Assembly: GCF_025612915.1 (NCBI RefSeq)
Contig: NC_069116.1
Coordinates: 24,579,051 to 24,643,050, forward strand
Length of the DNA: 64,000 nt
DNA from: Crassostrea angulata
Lineage: Eukaryota
Direction of reading: 5' to 3'
The position numbers and the translations under genes were made by a program. Below, piece by piece: positions 35,705 through 47,292 of this stretch; position 1 is the stretch's first letter, and each line of letters starts with the position of its first letter. Below the pieces are notes generated by a model, which saw nothing but the letters and a program-made list of their open reading frames with translations, did not search any database and was not told the DNA's origin.

Positions 35705-37597
35705 ATGGACAATTTACTTCCAACTTGCTCTGTTTAATTATTATTGATTTCAATATTATCTGTTTGCCTTAATCACCGATTTAAATATATTAATTAATTT
35801 TTTTAAAAATCAAATTAGATATGGATCGTTTTATAAATTATTTACAAACTTAACAATTGTCAGCTTGTATTTTCAAACAAGACGCCCATGGGCCACATCG
35901 CTCACTTGAACAATAGTTCTTGTATCATTCCGTTTTGAAAATTTTAATTAGATATGAAACTTGTTAAAATATTGTAGAACTCCTAGATTTGACAATACAT
36001 TAAATAAAGGAATCCTACTTTTTTGACATCATAAGCTACGGTTCGTTATTTTGTTTTTGGTTCGATTCAATTAAACATATATCAGCGTTAATATTTCTCA
36101 TTGTAAATAGAAAAACTTATCTTTAACTTGTACATATAGATTCTTTTACTTAAGAATAACAAAAAAAAAAATGTTATGTATTCTTTTCAAATTAATTATT
36201 TAGAGGATGAAAAACTTGCAGGAAACATGGAAAAACTTGTTGGCAAAACTGTACACAAAGAATACTTGATGACATTATTGGTTTACATGCTAATACAGTA
36301 ACTAAAAACGATTTCGAAAATAATTTGAAAAAGTATTTCAAATATAAATTTATCAGAGACATTAAGAAAAAAGAAATGGAAAATTGCCATTCTATAGGTA
36401 ATTATTAATTACACAAAATCTAAAAACAAGCTTGAAATTAAAACATGCTTAAATTTTTCCATTTCCAAGAAGCTTCTTTTTTTTTTTACTCAATTAGGAA
36501 TAAGTGCCCAAAAAATTACAGACAGAGGTTGTCAGATATCGTAACCTTATTATTCCAAGGGATAAAAGATATTGTATCAATTTTTATACTGTAGATGAAA
36601 ATTAACATCATTTACAACTACGAAGTGAATATTGTTCAGTTTTCACTTTTTAAAAACGCATGCATTTCTTATAAAATTCTTAAACAACAAGAATGAACAA
36701 AAGAAAATGTATGTACTGACTATATCTGTAACTATTGTCTGTATCATCAGGTCTCATTGACCCTCTGATATAATTTTTATTATATATAATTTTACTGTAA
36801 TATATCATTTCTAAAACTTATTAAAAAACAGTTCTTTTTGTTGAAATGCTTTTTACTACATTTCTCGACTAAGTCCCTGTTTAACTTGTGTCAAGCGTTA
36901 ACAATATTCAATAAATTATACACGTTAAGAAGTTAGGTACATATTAACACCATTCGATGCCACGAGGAACTTTGGGTGATTTACTAACAAATAACTTTTA
37001 CGTAATCACATGAAATTCAATTAAGAAAGCTTTTTGATGCCCCCTTTACTCAATTACTGTTCGGATAACGGATTAGTGCTGCTTTTGTTTAGTCCACGCT
37101 ATACCCTCCCCCCTTTCGGGTATGAGGTCCCCGACAGGGAAATTAGTGTGTCTTCTTTTTAACTTTAATATTGTATACCTATCGGTATACCTTGCCTTGA
37201 CCATGAGGAATTTTTGTATCAAAGCCCAGCGCGTCACTTTTTCTGGACGCTTCCTCAATAACAGACGTATTCTTAATATCTCAACTTTTGGTCATATTTT
37301 ACAGGTCATCGTTAATTATAAATTTCACCCCCCAATTCCAATATGACGAGTTGGTGAATGTCTCCTCAAAAATCCCAATGAAGAGCAGACCAATAAACTA
37401 CATGTACAGTACCAATAACAACGTTATTTTTACAAGATAAACGATAGGATAGGATTCACGCACGATATGATAGGATTAACGCACGATAGGATAGGATTAA
37501 CGCACGGTAGAACAGCATACACGCACGATAGGAAAGGATAATTAAACGATGTTCATGATAAACGTATAATCGCTTTTCACGATCTTCACAAATAAAC

Positions 37598-38823
37598 CAT
37601 CTTCTTCGCTAGCCAAGGGTTTTCGGTCCACTTTGCTACCCGTAAACCCTTGGCGGATTTCATTACGAAATCTCAGTGATGTGGTGGCGCTATCTAGCGA
37701 GCAACTTGAGTTGCACCCCTTGCATGTTTACATTTTAATCAAATTAAACAACGGGTTATATACACACTATAGCATTAATACAACTTAAAACATGTTGACT
37801 ACCGAACGTCGGAACATTATTAACGATGCCATTAAATACGAACCTGTGGAAAGCACGAAATGTTTCTTCATAGTGTTTTGTAAGGACCGGAGGACCGGGA
37901 GTGAGAAAGTCGCCGATTTATACGAAAGCTTTCATGCCATAAAACCAGGTATCGTTGTCGTGAATATTGCGGACCAAAGAAATTAAATAAAACAAAGCTC
38001 ATTGAACCTTTAAAAGCAACTAGAGGTACTGTGAGCAAGCTCACAATTGATACCCCCCGCTAAGAAAAATTTAATATTTAAACATTTTGAATCATTGGTA
38101 TACTGAGCCGGATTTTTTCCGAATTTTTTTTTCCACACATTTTTTTTTCCAAAAAAAAATTCATCGGGGCAGGCCATTTTCAGAGAGACGGGGATGAGAG
38201 TCTAAAAATAGTTTTATGTGGCCTGATACAGGCAAGCTTTGTGTCATATTTAAGCTTCTAATATTTCCATTAATACAAGACATGACACAGACAGAATTTA
38301 GCATTTTTAAAACAATGACCTTGAACTTCCTCAATTGACCTTGGGTCAAGGTCATGACACACCCTTAGGTCATAAGCAATCTTTGTGTGAAGTAAAAACT
38401 TCCAATGTTTCCCCATTAGAAAGATATGGACCGAACACAAATTTTGCACTTTTTCTGCCAGTGACCTTGACCTTTCCCAAATGACCTTGGGTCAAGGTCA
38501 GGACACACCCTTAGGTCATAAGCAATCTTTCTGTGAAGTAAGAACATTTACTGCTTCTCTTTAAGGAAGATATAGACCGGACACGAATTTTGCATTTTTT
38601 CTGCCAGTGACCTTGACCTTGCCCGAATGACCTTGGGTCAAGGTCATGACACACCCTTCGGTCATAAGCAATCTTTGTGTGAGGTAAGAACTTCCAATGT
38701 TTCTCCATAAGAAAGATATGAACCGGACACGAATTTTGCATTTTTTCTGCCAGTTTTCGTAATGAAATCCGCCATTGTTTATGGGGAGCAAAGTGGACCG
38801 AGAACCCTTGGCTAGCGAAGATG
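37598..38823. mobile_element. Non-autonomous DNA transposon, MULE-like. It is 1226 bp with about 75 bp TIRs, a 9-bp TSD CAAATAAAC, and an internal 3x ~150 bp tandem repeat.
   Basis: The left TIR is catcttcttcgctagccaagggttttcggtccactttgctacccgtaaacccttggcggatttcattacgaaa. Its reverse complement occurs at 38750-38823 with a few mismatches. Direct CAAATAAAC copies lie at 37589-37597 and 38824-38832. The internal ORF 37792..37986 (64 aa) has no recognisable homology. Confidence 0.65.
38330..38760. repeat. Three tandem copies of a ~150 bp unit, each beginning with the palindrome TGACCTTGGGTCAAGGTCA, inside the MULE-like element.
   Basis: Direct comparison of 38330-38470, 38470-38620 and 38620-38760. 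Confidence 0.7.
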
Positions 38824-39114
38824 CAAATAAACTGATACTGGCAGAATTTGAGAAAAAAACACGTACAAATAAAGATTTACGTGGAATTTCTTTTAAGTAA
38901 CAATTGCCGAGTTGTTAACCACCGCTGCATCATTTATAGAATGCATAAATATGACCAGTAATTTTTTTTAACTAAAATAATTAGCTTAAATGATCAATTT
39001 TTGTGTATCGTTAACACTGTTTTCATTACCGAACACCCTAGCCGATCGCCGCGAATATTTCAGCCCGAGATCAAATCACACGGAAAATAGCGGGTTCAAT
39101 TATAAAAATCAAAC

Positions 39115-39350
39115 TCTTGTTTAAAGTAAATATGAAATCTATCATAAATACCTTTTTTTCTGTAGAAGAAAATGATGCATTAAAAATGAATTATAGTACA
39201 TACAAGTTCAGTAAATATTTACGCAGATACACATTCTGCATACGAAAATATAAATTATATAAATACTTTTGTTTCTGTAAAATATGATGCAATAAAAACG
39301 AATTATATTGCATAAAAATTAAATGTTTACGCAAATAAACACTCCGCGTA
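39115..39350. repeat. Tandem duplication, 2 x ~118 bp.
   Basis: ataaatacctttttttctgtagaagaaaatgatgcattaaaaatgaattat… is followed by ataaatacttttgtttctgtaaaatatgatgcaataaaaacgaattat…. Confidence 0.7.
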
Positions 39351-39397
39351 CGATTTAATATATTCGATATACAGGTAATATGTTATCTTGTTCCTAA

Positions 39398-40206
39398 CAC
39401 CCCTACGAATGTGTTCGGACTGTTTTCTTTATCGTTGCTAATTATGTAATAAATCCAGAGGTGCTCGAATGAAAGTTCACGATACCTCACCGAGATTTGT
39501 TCAGTTCCTGTGAAATTTCGAGCGGTGTATCAGTGTTCGGATAATGTTCTCAAATACGTAAGTACTGGTCGTTTTTCATATCATATCCTTCTTTGATTTA
39601 TGTTAAAACATGAAAATCTTTTAAGATGTATGTCTTAGTTCACCACCTAGCGATCATTTATATTAAACGATGATATTCAGAACAGAGTTATCGTTCAACC
39701 ACGTGTAGAGTGGTCGAAAATATAAACATTGGGCTGCTTAATAAAATCATAGCCATGTTTGATGCTTGTGGTCTGCAATACGATATTTTTAGAAAAATAA
39801 TGGGTGTCTGTTTTGCATAAAAACCTATGTATATCGAGCCATTTTCAAGGAGTATTCTGCATAAAATAGTATAGTCTGTTTCACTATTGATGCTATTACT
39901 AGGTCAGGCGCGGATCGAAAATTTATCCTATAGGGGATCTCTGTTAAAGCATGTTAATTGTTGCTACAGCAGACAAAAACTATTTTTTTGTATTGTCACA
40001 TTTATTTCTAGAACACATTTTATCCACCAATTGATGAAGATAAAGTTTAAAATCCATAAACCTCTAGATTTTATATTTGATTACAAATACCTAGATTCTA
40101 TGAAATAGACTATAAACACGAGGCACGATTTTTACTGCGAAACTGAGAGGGTCAAATAAAACCACGTGGTCTAAAATTTAAATGACCATAACATTCGCAG
40201 GGGTGC
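39398..40206 (+). repeat. 5' LTR (809 bp).
   Basis: It starts CACCCCTACGAATG and ends CATTCGCAGGGGTG. The 14-bp termini are inverted copies of each other. It aligns along its length with 45736-46534. Confidence 0.75.
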
Positions 40207-40489
40207 CTAAGAACTTCGATAGATTAATTACATTAATTTTTCAATTCCAATGCTTATAGATACGATTTACATGTAATATTGGTTAATTTTTTATTTTAGT
40301 TTTGATCTAAATACTGAAGAAATTAGTATCATATTAGAATGCTGAATAGGATTTTACAAATCTTGTTAGATAAATTTTCGTATAGGCCGCATGCGCACTG
40401 AACGACTTGCAAATTTGGAATAAATTTACTTGCTTATGAAAAGGCACGAAACGATTAACACGATAGGGTAAACGGAAAAACTGTAAAAA

Positions 40490-40640
40490 TTGAACTATAA
40501 ACCTGATAGGATTAATGCATGATAAGATAGGATTAACGCACGATAGAACCGTATACACGCTCGATAGGATATGATTAACGCACGATAGAACAGTATACAC
40601 GAACGATACAATAGGATTGATACACGATACGATAGGATAG
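40490..40640. repeat. Short tandem repeats (GATAGGATTAACGCACGATAGAAC…) in the retrotransposon leader. A homologous block occurs at 37440-37560.
   Basis: Compare acgataggataggattaacgcacgataggataggattaacgcacggtagaacagcatacacgcacgatagg at 37440 with gataggattaacgcacgatagaaccgtatacacgctcgataggatatgattaacgcacgatagaacagtatacacgaacg at 40520. Confidence 0.6.
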
Positions 40641-40789
40641 AATTGTAAAAAATAACGTTGCGGGTACTGTACTACTTAAGAGATAGCCAACAAAAAGACC
40701 AATCTTCTGACTCACAGCAATCCAGCTCAAGTCAACCTTCCATCCAGTGAAAGCCAAATACCAAGCGAAGAGCATAATATACTAGCAAG

Positions 40790-41040
40790 TGAAAACAACA
40801 CATACGAGGAACAAAATACAGTAAACTCTGCAACCTCAAATAAAAACAACATACCCGATGAACAAAATACTGAAAACTCTGCAACTTTAAATGAAAACAA
40901 CCAATTCGAGGAACAAAATACAGAAATCGCTGCAGCCTCAAGTGAAAAAAACACGTCACACGAGCAGGATACAGAAAAACCTGCAGCTTCAAGTAAAAAC
41001 AACACATCCCACGTACAAAATATAGAAAACTCTACCAAAA
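40790..41040 (+). repeat. About 4.5 tandem copies of a ~57 bp unit in the retrotransposon leader upstream of gag. It is open in one plus-strand frame: …EEQNTVNSATSNKNNIPDEQNTENSATLNENNQFEEQNTEIAAASSEKNTSHEQDTEKPAASSKNN….
   Basis: Direct repeat comparison. The minus-strand ORFs 40727..41038 and 40732..41007 are artefacts. Confidence 0.6.
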
Positions 41041-41149
41041 ATCACATAGAAAACAGTGAAAGAATTATTGTGAATATGGCCATTGGAATAAATTTTTAGA
41101 AGTTTAGTGGTAGTGAAAATGTCCACTTCTGATTGTCCAACTTAGACAG

Positions 41150-41793
41150 TTGGCAGAAATTCACAACGTGACAGATGCTGCACTTTTAACAATTGGATGC
41201 AGTTTAGAAGGCCAAGCTGAAACCTGGCTACAGACATTGTCACCAAAACAGAGAAACAACTTAACGGAGTTTAAAGAGTGCCTGAAAAACAGATTCGCCC
41301 CTCAGGAAACAAACTTTACCCTCTTGTCCATAAGACAAGAAGCAGGGGAAACCACTGATGTTTACTTGTATAGGGCAGAAAAACCGCCCTTGGCAATGAT
41401 TTTCCAAAAATATGCAAAGTCCCATTCGCCACCCAATGACTGGAAAACCAGGAGAATGCAAAAGTGATATCAAAAGAGCCTAAAAAATTTCAGGAACTAT
41501 GCCATGCAGTGTCCCTAGCTAAAGCATTACTAAAATGCAACACCAGAGAAGATATGAACAATTTAACTCTGGTAGCATTAGCTGCTCAGCTGAAGGACCC
41601 CTTGAAAGCTGAAATGAGTGCTTTAACACAGAGTAATTTGCGAATCAAAGAACGGTCAGCCAGAACCATGGAACACAACCCCACCACCCGGATACAGTAT
41701 GCCAAACAAACTTTGCCCTTCCACCTTCCTCTTACTAACAGTAGCCCCCAGTGTAACCCCAGGTCCAGCCCTCAGCACAGCAGTGGCCCTTAG
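41150..41793 (+). pseudogene. Retrotransposon gag, spanning two ORFs joined by a frameshift.
   Basis: ORFs 41150..41467 and 41464..41793. A degenerate zinc-knuckle-like CEGCGKLYLPC lies at about 41820-41860. Confidence 0.6.
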
Positions 41794-42276
41794 CAACCAA
41801 CAATGGACAAATCCCCCGAGTGAGACAGTACCATTGAGCAAACCGAGTCTGCGAGGGATGTGGTAAGCTCTACTTGCCCTGCTTTTAATGTTAATGCTTT
41901 TATAAAAGATGTTTCAGATGGCGTCATTTTGCTTCAGTGTGCATGTGGTGGTTGGATAACATTGAAACTGCGGTGAACCTCCTACCAGCCTACAAGGACA
42001 CATTCCACAAATGCCTAACACACAATTCCACAACCACTCCTTAATGTCACACCACAATTCATAATGCTAGGTAAAACGCCTATCCTTTCCAAGAATTGTT
42101 ACCAAACTTACAGCACCCTCACTACAAACTCAGTGTATGCATAGCACGCTTAGATCGACTAACACTTGCCGTCAGATCATCAGTCCCTCTAACCAAGCCC
42201 CCCGCTCCTCATTAAAACCTACCCATCGCTTAAACCCAAGCTCAGTATTACAGCCAAATCGCGCAGTTCGGTTAAT

Positions 42277-42591
42277 TTGATTATGCCTATCATGAGAAAC
42301 ACTATTAGTGTTGATATCTATGATACTCCCATGCATGCATTGGTTGATACAAGTGCATCTATCTTATGTATAACATCCTCTCTTGTGACTAGGCTAGGTA
42401 TAGACAAGAGTTCAATTCAGTCAACTAATGCAACTGATGCGGTCGCTGTTGAAGGTAAAGTCCATCGCAGTCTTGGTGTTCTATCCTTGCCAATTTCTTT
42501 TGATGGTTTTGTTTTTACACATGATTTTCAGGTTTTTGACAAAATCCATCAACCTCTTATTTTGAAACTTAGATCTTTTAAGAGCAAATGA
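42277..42591 (+). pseudogene. Retrotransposon aspartic protease.
   Basis: ALVDTSASILCITSSLVTRLG is a D(T/S)G(A/S)-type active-site variant of retropepsins. Confidence 0.6.
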
Positions 42592-43202
42592 TGCTGTTCT
42601 TAGCACTGCACAGAACACACATACTCTCTCTTTTTCCCTCTCTTAAGGACCCTATTTCTAACCATGTCCTTGCAATTGACATTAATTCAGGTCTTGCTAG
42701 AGTTTGTCAAACAGCCACTGTCAATCCTGGGTGTGTCATGGCAATTGAGGTATTTATCTCAAGTTCATTAAGAGGTGCTCATGTTCTGTTGGAACTCTCA
42801 CAACAACTTTCTAAGCTAGGCCATGCAGGAGCCAAATGCTTAGATGATACCCTAAACAACGAGATTCATTATATGCAAGTCATCAATCCTACAACTGACC
42901 CAATTACTTTGTCAGCAATTACATGCATTACATCTCCCACAGTTGTAAATCCTAATACCGTACTATCTCTAGACAACCCAACACCATCCAATACACACTC
43001 TGACCTCCAACCACCTTATGGTTGTCCAATAGATGTTGATCTTTCTGACTCTGATCTTAATCTCACAAAAACAGGTCCTTCTAGCTTTTCTCAACAAACA
43101 GAGATCTGTTTTCAAACAGAATTAGGCAACTGTGCTGTTCAATTCCATCGCATAGAAACTGGTGATGCGTTTCCTGTCCGACAGCAATTGTATCGACAGT
43201 CC

Positions 43203-44460
43203 TCATAAGTAAATGCTGTGATGAATATACAACTAGAGGAGATGTTAGAAGCCAATATCAGAGTCAACATCTATGAGGCAAAGTCCCGTTGTCATGGTTA
43301 AAAAGAAAAATGGCCAACTACGTTTTGCAGTAGATTATAGAAAGCTAAAGGTATCACACCGGTAATCGACCAATCAAAATGAACTTAGAACTTAGTCAAT
43401 TGTAGTTCCATATATACTTCAGAATTAATTTTTTCCTTGACTGCATTTTAACATTTTCCTTTACTCAGTTTTAAATTTTTTTGAACCACTAAGAAGGATA
43501 TTTCATGTATTTTGTTAGGTGATGGTCTTCTTTCACAGGGACTACTTCTTTCAGGGCACATGCAGCAGCTTCCTGGAGAGTGTGCAGTCTGTTTACATAT
43601 AAATGGAAAACACGTGGTTTTGAGGGTAGACCTGTTTAGACCTGTGATGAGATAGGTAACAAATTACATTACCTCCGAATATTTTGTCATGAAAAATACA
43701 AATTGATTTTTAAGAATGTTTTCTCCTCTATAGTGCTACATAGTGAAAACAATTACCGGTGTGATACTTAAACTCTGTCACAAAACAATACACATTTCCT
43801 TACCTCGTTTGGAAGATGTTTTTGACACATTTGGGATTTCTAAAGCACAGCTATTTTCTACTCTACACTTAGCTTCTGTTTTTTGGCAAATACCTATAGA
43901 TCCTAAAATTGCCCACAAATCAGCATTGTTACCCCTACTGGAGTGTATCAGTGGAAACGTTTGCCCTTTTGCCTTGTCAATGCCCCGGCTAGCTTTCAGG
44001 CACTTATGACCGAAGTACTTACGGGTCTTAACTGGAAAACCTGTCTTGTCTATATAGATGATATTCTTTTCTTCTCTATCTCCTTTGAACAACACATTCA
44101 GCATTTGGAGAAAATCTTTTCTCGCCTTAGTTCAGCAGGTCTTACATTGAAACCTACAAAATGCTCTTTTGCTCAACGTCAAGTGTAGTATCTTGGTCAT
44201 GTTACTACCAATGATGAAGTCAAAGTGGGTGTTTCTAATACAGATGCTGTGAAGTCATTCCCAACACCAAAATGTACCAAAGATGTCAGATCTTTTCCTG
44301 GAACTACTATCGAAAATTTAAAGGACCATTAACAGCATTACTGAGAAAAGACAACAAATTTAAATGGTGCGATGAATGTCAAACAGCCTTAAATTTTCAA
44401 AGGATGTCCCTTTATGTTATGCAGTTACCTTGCCTTTACAGATCAACGTTAATTATATAT
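43203..44460 (+). pseudogene. Retrotransposon reverse transcriptase (Ty3/gypsy type). It is frameshifted and interrupted by a MITE.
   Basis: Motifs seen: SPVVMVKKKNGQLRFAVDYRKLK, LPRLEDVFDTFG, FWQIPIDPKIAHKSA, LPFCLVNAPASFQALMTEVL, the YxDD box CLVYIDDILFFS, and the RT/RNase H linker LLRKDNKFKWCDECQTALNFQ. Confidence 0.75.
43350..43767. mobile_element. A roughly 418 bp MITE-like insertion inside the RT ORF. It has 16-bp perfect TIRs GTATCACACCGGTAAT and probably a TTAA target-site duplication.
   Basis: The left end is ggtatcacaccggtaat and the right end is attaccggtgtgatac. Removing it restores the RT frame as AGA AAG CTT AAA CTC TGT CAC (RKLKLCH). The right flank is TTAA and the left flank is TAAA, one substitution away. 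Confidence 0.6.
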
Positions 44461-45735
44461 ATTTCAACACCCCCCCCCCCCCCCAATTCCAATATGACAC
44501 CTGTATGACTTGCGCCACATGTGTTTTTTATTTTTTTCGTAAAATTGAATTAAATAGAAATAGCAGACATCGAGCTGATAGATCCAGTTGTATATTTAAA
44601 TTGTGATGTACACTAGGTCGACTAGTTGTTGGTTTATTTCCTTTTCCATTAACTGTGTCCCCATGCACTTCTGAGCGTCTAAACTGACGACCATTTTTGT
44701 ATATACACGTTAGATAAATTTTGAACCGAAACGAAATCTTAAAATCCGGATTGGCGCATCGAATCAATAGGAATGAATCGCGGCGCAACTAACAGCACTA
44801 ATTTTCAAGCGGCGCATGGAGACTTGTTACAATGCAATATTTGCAAATACACTCTTCTCGCAACTAGAAAATATTTAATAGAACTGCACATAACAAGACG
44901 ACACGAAAGCAAACCATCAACACATTAACGTGGAATGTTTGGAAAACGGAAACTCCTTCCGAAATTCTGGGCCTTATCAGCCCGAGTTTTTTTTTATATT
45001 ATAGAACAAGGAGAATCGACCAAGGAGGTGTCTAGACGGCTCCATTACCGCCAGACGTCTACATGTACAGTTTCACATTCATCCCCTGTTGGAAAGACTC
45101 CTGGAGGCCCATCTACGCCAATCATCCCACTGAGATCTTCATCCCTCTGTGTGTCACTCGGAATTCATGTGGAGGTCGATTTATATGGAGTTAACCCTAC
45201 TACCTCTGAAAGGAGAGTGTTCGTTATGAGCACTTTACCTCTCATTTCCTTGCCATCTTTCAGTCAGCTTAGGGTCTTGACTTTTCCGGCTTTTTGTAAT
45301 CTCCCTGCTGCAACTTTTGTCTCATATCTGGGATTTTCAGTGACAGCAGTAATGCGTGTTCCTTCAGGATTACCGAACTTTCTTAAGCTATTTCTGAGAC
45401 GGTCTCATCTAATGTGAATGTTACATGTACCTCCTCTATATCTTCTGGAACATTCTCCCTCACTGAGTGAGAAAGTTCACACTGATCATCTTGGCCCTTG
45501 GCCAGTTCTCTATGCCAGAATTCGATTTCTGCGATTTGGATCATCAAAGTGATACTTTCCTATCTCTTAAGCCAGCTATGGAGCCTGTTCTACCTGTCCC
45601 AACTAACCAGGCCAAAAACTTTCAACCAGTCTCATGTTCCTGTGTCTATGACAACCTCTGAATCAACTGCTGCTACGAACAACACAGTCAACACTCCATA
45701 GAACATCTTTCATAAGGTGAATCCTTCCCTCCATC

Positions 45736-46534
45736 ACCCCTGCGAATGTGTTCGGAATGTTTTCTTTTTCGTTGCTAAGTATATAATAAATCCAGAGGTG
45801 CTCGGATGAAAGTTCACGAGACTTCACCGAGATTTGTTCAGTTCCTGTGAAATTTCGAGCGGAAGTATCAGTGTTCGGATAATATTCTCAAAATACGTAA
45901 GTAATAGTCGTTTTATATCATATCCTACTTTGATTTATGTTAAAACATGTAAATCGTGTTGGATGTATGTTTTATTTCACCATCTAGCGTTTATTTGAAT
46001 TAAACGATGATATTCAGAACAGAGTTATCGTTCGTGTTCAACCACGTGTAGAGTGGTTGAAAATATAAACATTGGTTGCTTAATAAAATCATAGCCATGT
46101 TTGATGCTTGTTGTGTGCAAAACCATGTTTTTAAAAAAATAATGGGTGTCTGTTTTGTATAAAAACTTAGTATATCGAGCCATTTTCAAGGAACATTCTG
46201 CATAAAATAGTATAGTCTGTTTCACTTTTGATGCTATTACTAGGTCAGGCACGGATAAAAAATAAACCCTTAGGGGGATCTCTAATAAGCATATTAATTG
46301 TTGCAACAGCAGTAAAAAACTATTTTTTTGTACTGTCACATTCATTTCTAGAACACATTTTATCCACCGATTAATGAAGATAAAGTTTAAAATCAATAAA
46401 CGTCTAGATTTTATATCTGACTACAAGTACCTAGATTCTATGAAAAAGACTATGAACATTTTACTGCGAAACTGAAAGGGTCAAATAAAACCACGTGGTC
46501 TAAAATCTAAATGACAATAACATTCGCAGGGGTG
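45736..46534 (+). repeat. 3' LTR (799 bp).
   Basis: It starts CACCCCTGCGAATG and ends CATTCGCAGGGGTG. It is the homologue of 39398-40206. Confidence 0.75.
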
Positions 46535-47292
46535 TCCATCATATCAGACGGAGGACTTGATGAATGACCACCAATTATTATATTATAATATATTTTCCCT
46601 ATGAAATGTTCATTCAACACGCATTCAGAGATAATTGCATAAGCAATGCACGTCCCCTACCGGTTTGTATTATTCTGTTAAAACGCTTCGCAGCATACAT
46701 CTATTTCAAAACTATTATAAACGAGATGTTATGCTTTAATCATAGATAAAAGAACAGAGGAAATTTAAACTACAGACGACAAACGGACGGACTGACGGAC
46801 GCAGAGGAAAGCTGTAGTCCCCTCCGGTGAAACTGACATCTTATTTATCAAGAACGTATTGACTTTGTTGTCAATGAACTGGTATTTATCCTCATTGTAT
46901 TTTGCCCGCATTTGAAGTAAATCTATTTTCGCTTTGAATTCTTCCAATACTAACCTTTCTCTTCTTACTCTCTGACTTTCGGACATTCCAAAACACTATC
47001 CTTCGGAATTTAAGCTGTTGATTCCAGAACTGTAAGTGTCGTTGTTTCTCTGACAATGTATTTATTTTGTCGGGGTTCTATTCACTTGTTGTTTCGGAAG
47101 ATATCGTGTCATAATCGCAATTGGTGCTCTCCCTTGTTGACGGACTTATTATAGTAAATTGCTTGCATTGTTAATCATGATTAAATTGCTCGAAATTTTG
47201 CATCAAATATTTAATATCAGACGTATCACTGCGGATTTTTTCATCGAAAAATCAATTTCATAGAAGATGCTGAGCAACTCCAACTAAATTTC

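Larger units (their letters stand above)
39398..46534 (+). mobile_element. Degraded Ty3/gypsy-like LTR retrotransposon of about 7.1 kb. Order is LTR, leader repeats, gag, protease, RT. RNase H and integrase are missing. It is flanked by about 800 bp LTRs.
   Basis: Direct repeats 39398-40206 and 45736-46534 are about 90% identical. The internal ORFs are gag-like (41150-41793), aspartic protease (VDTSAS, 42277-42591) and RT (SPVVMVKKKNGQLRFAVDYRKLK … YIDDILFFS … LLRKDNKFKWCDECQ, about 43203-44400). The ORFs carry stops and frameshifts. Coding stops abruptly at about 44400 with 1.3 kb of unrelated sequence before the 3' LTR. Confidence 0.8.

Noticed and set aside
42588-43208. ORF 42588..43208 (206 aa) between protease and RT.
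   Set aside because: It occupies the protease-to-RT spacer of the retrotransposon and has no conserved RT motifs. It is probably the frameshifted N-terminal RT/linker region, not a separate gene.
44935-45417. ORF 44935..45417 (160 aa), positioned where an integrase would be expected.
   Set aside because: It has no integrase motifs, no HHCC, DDE or GPY/F. The sequence is S/P/L-rich and low-complexity. The RT/RNase H linker ends abruptly at about 44400. I treat this as unrelated filler, not coding.
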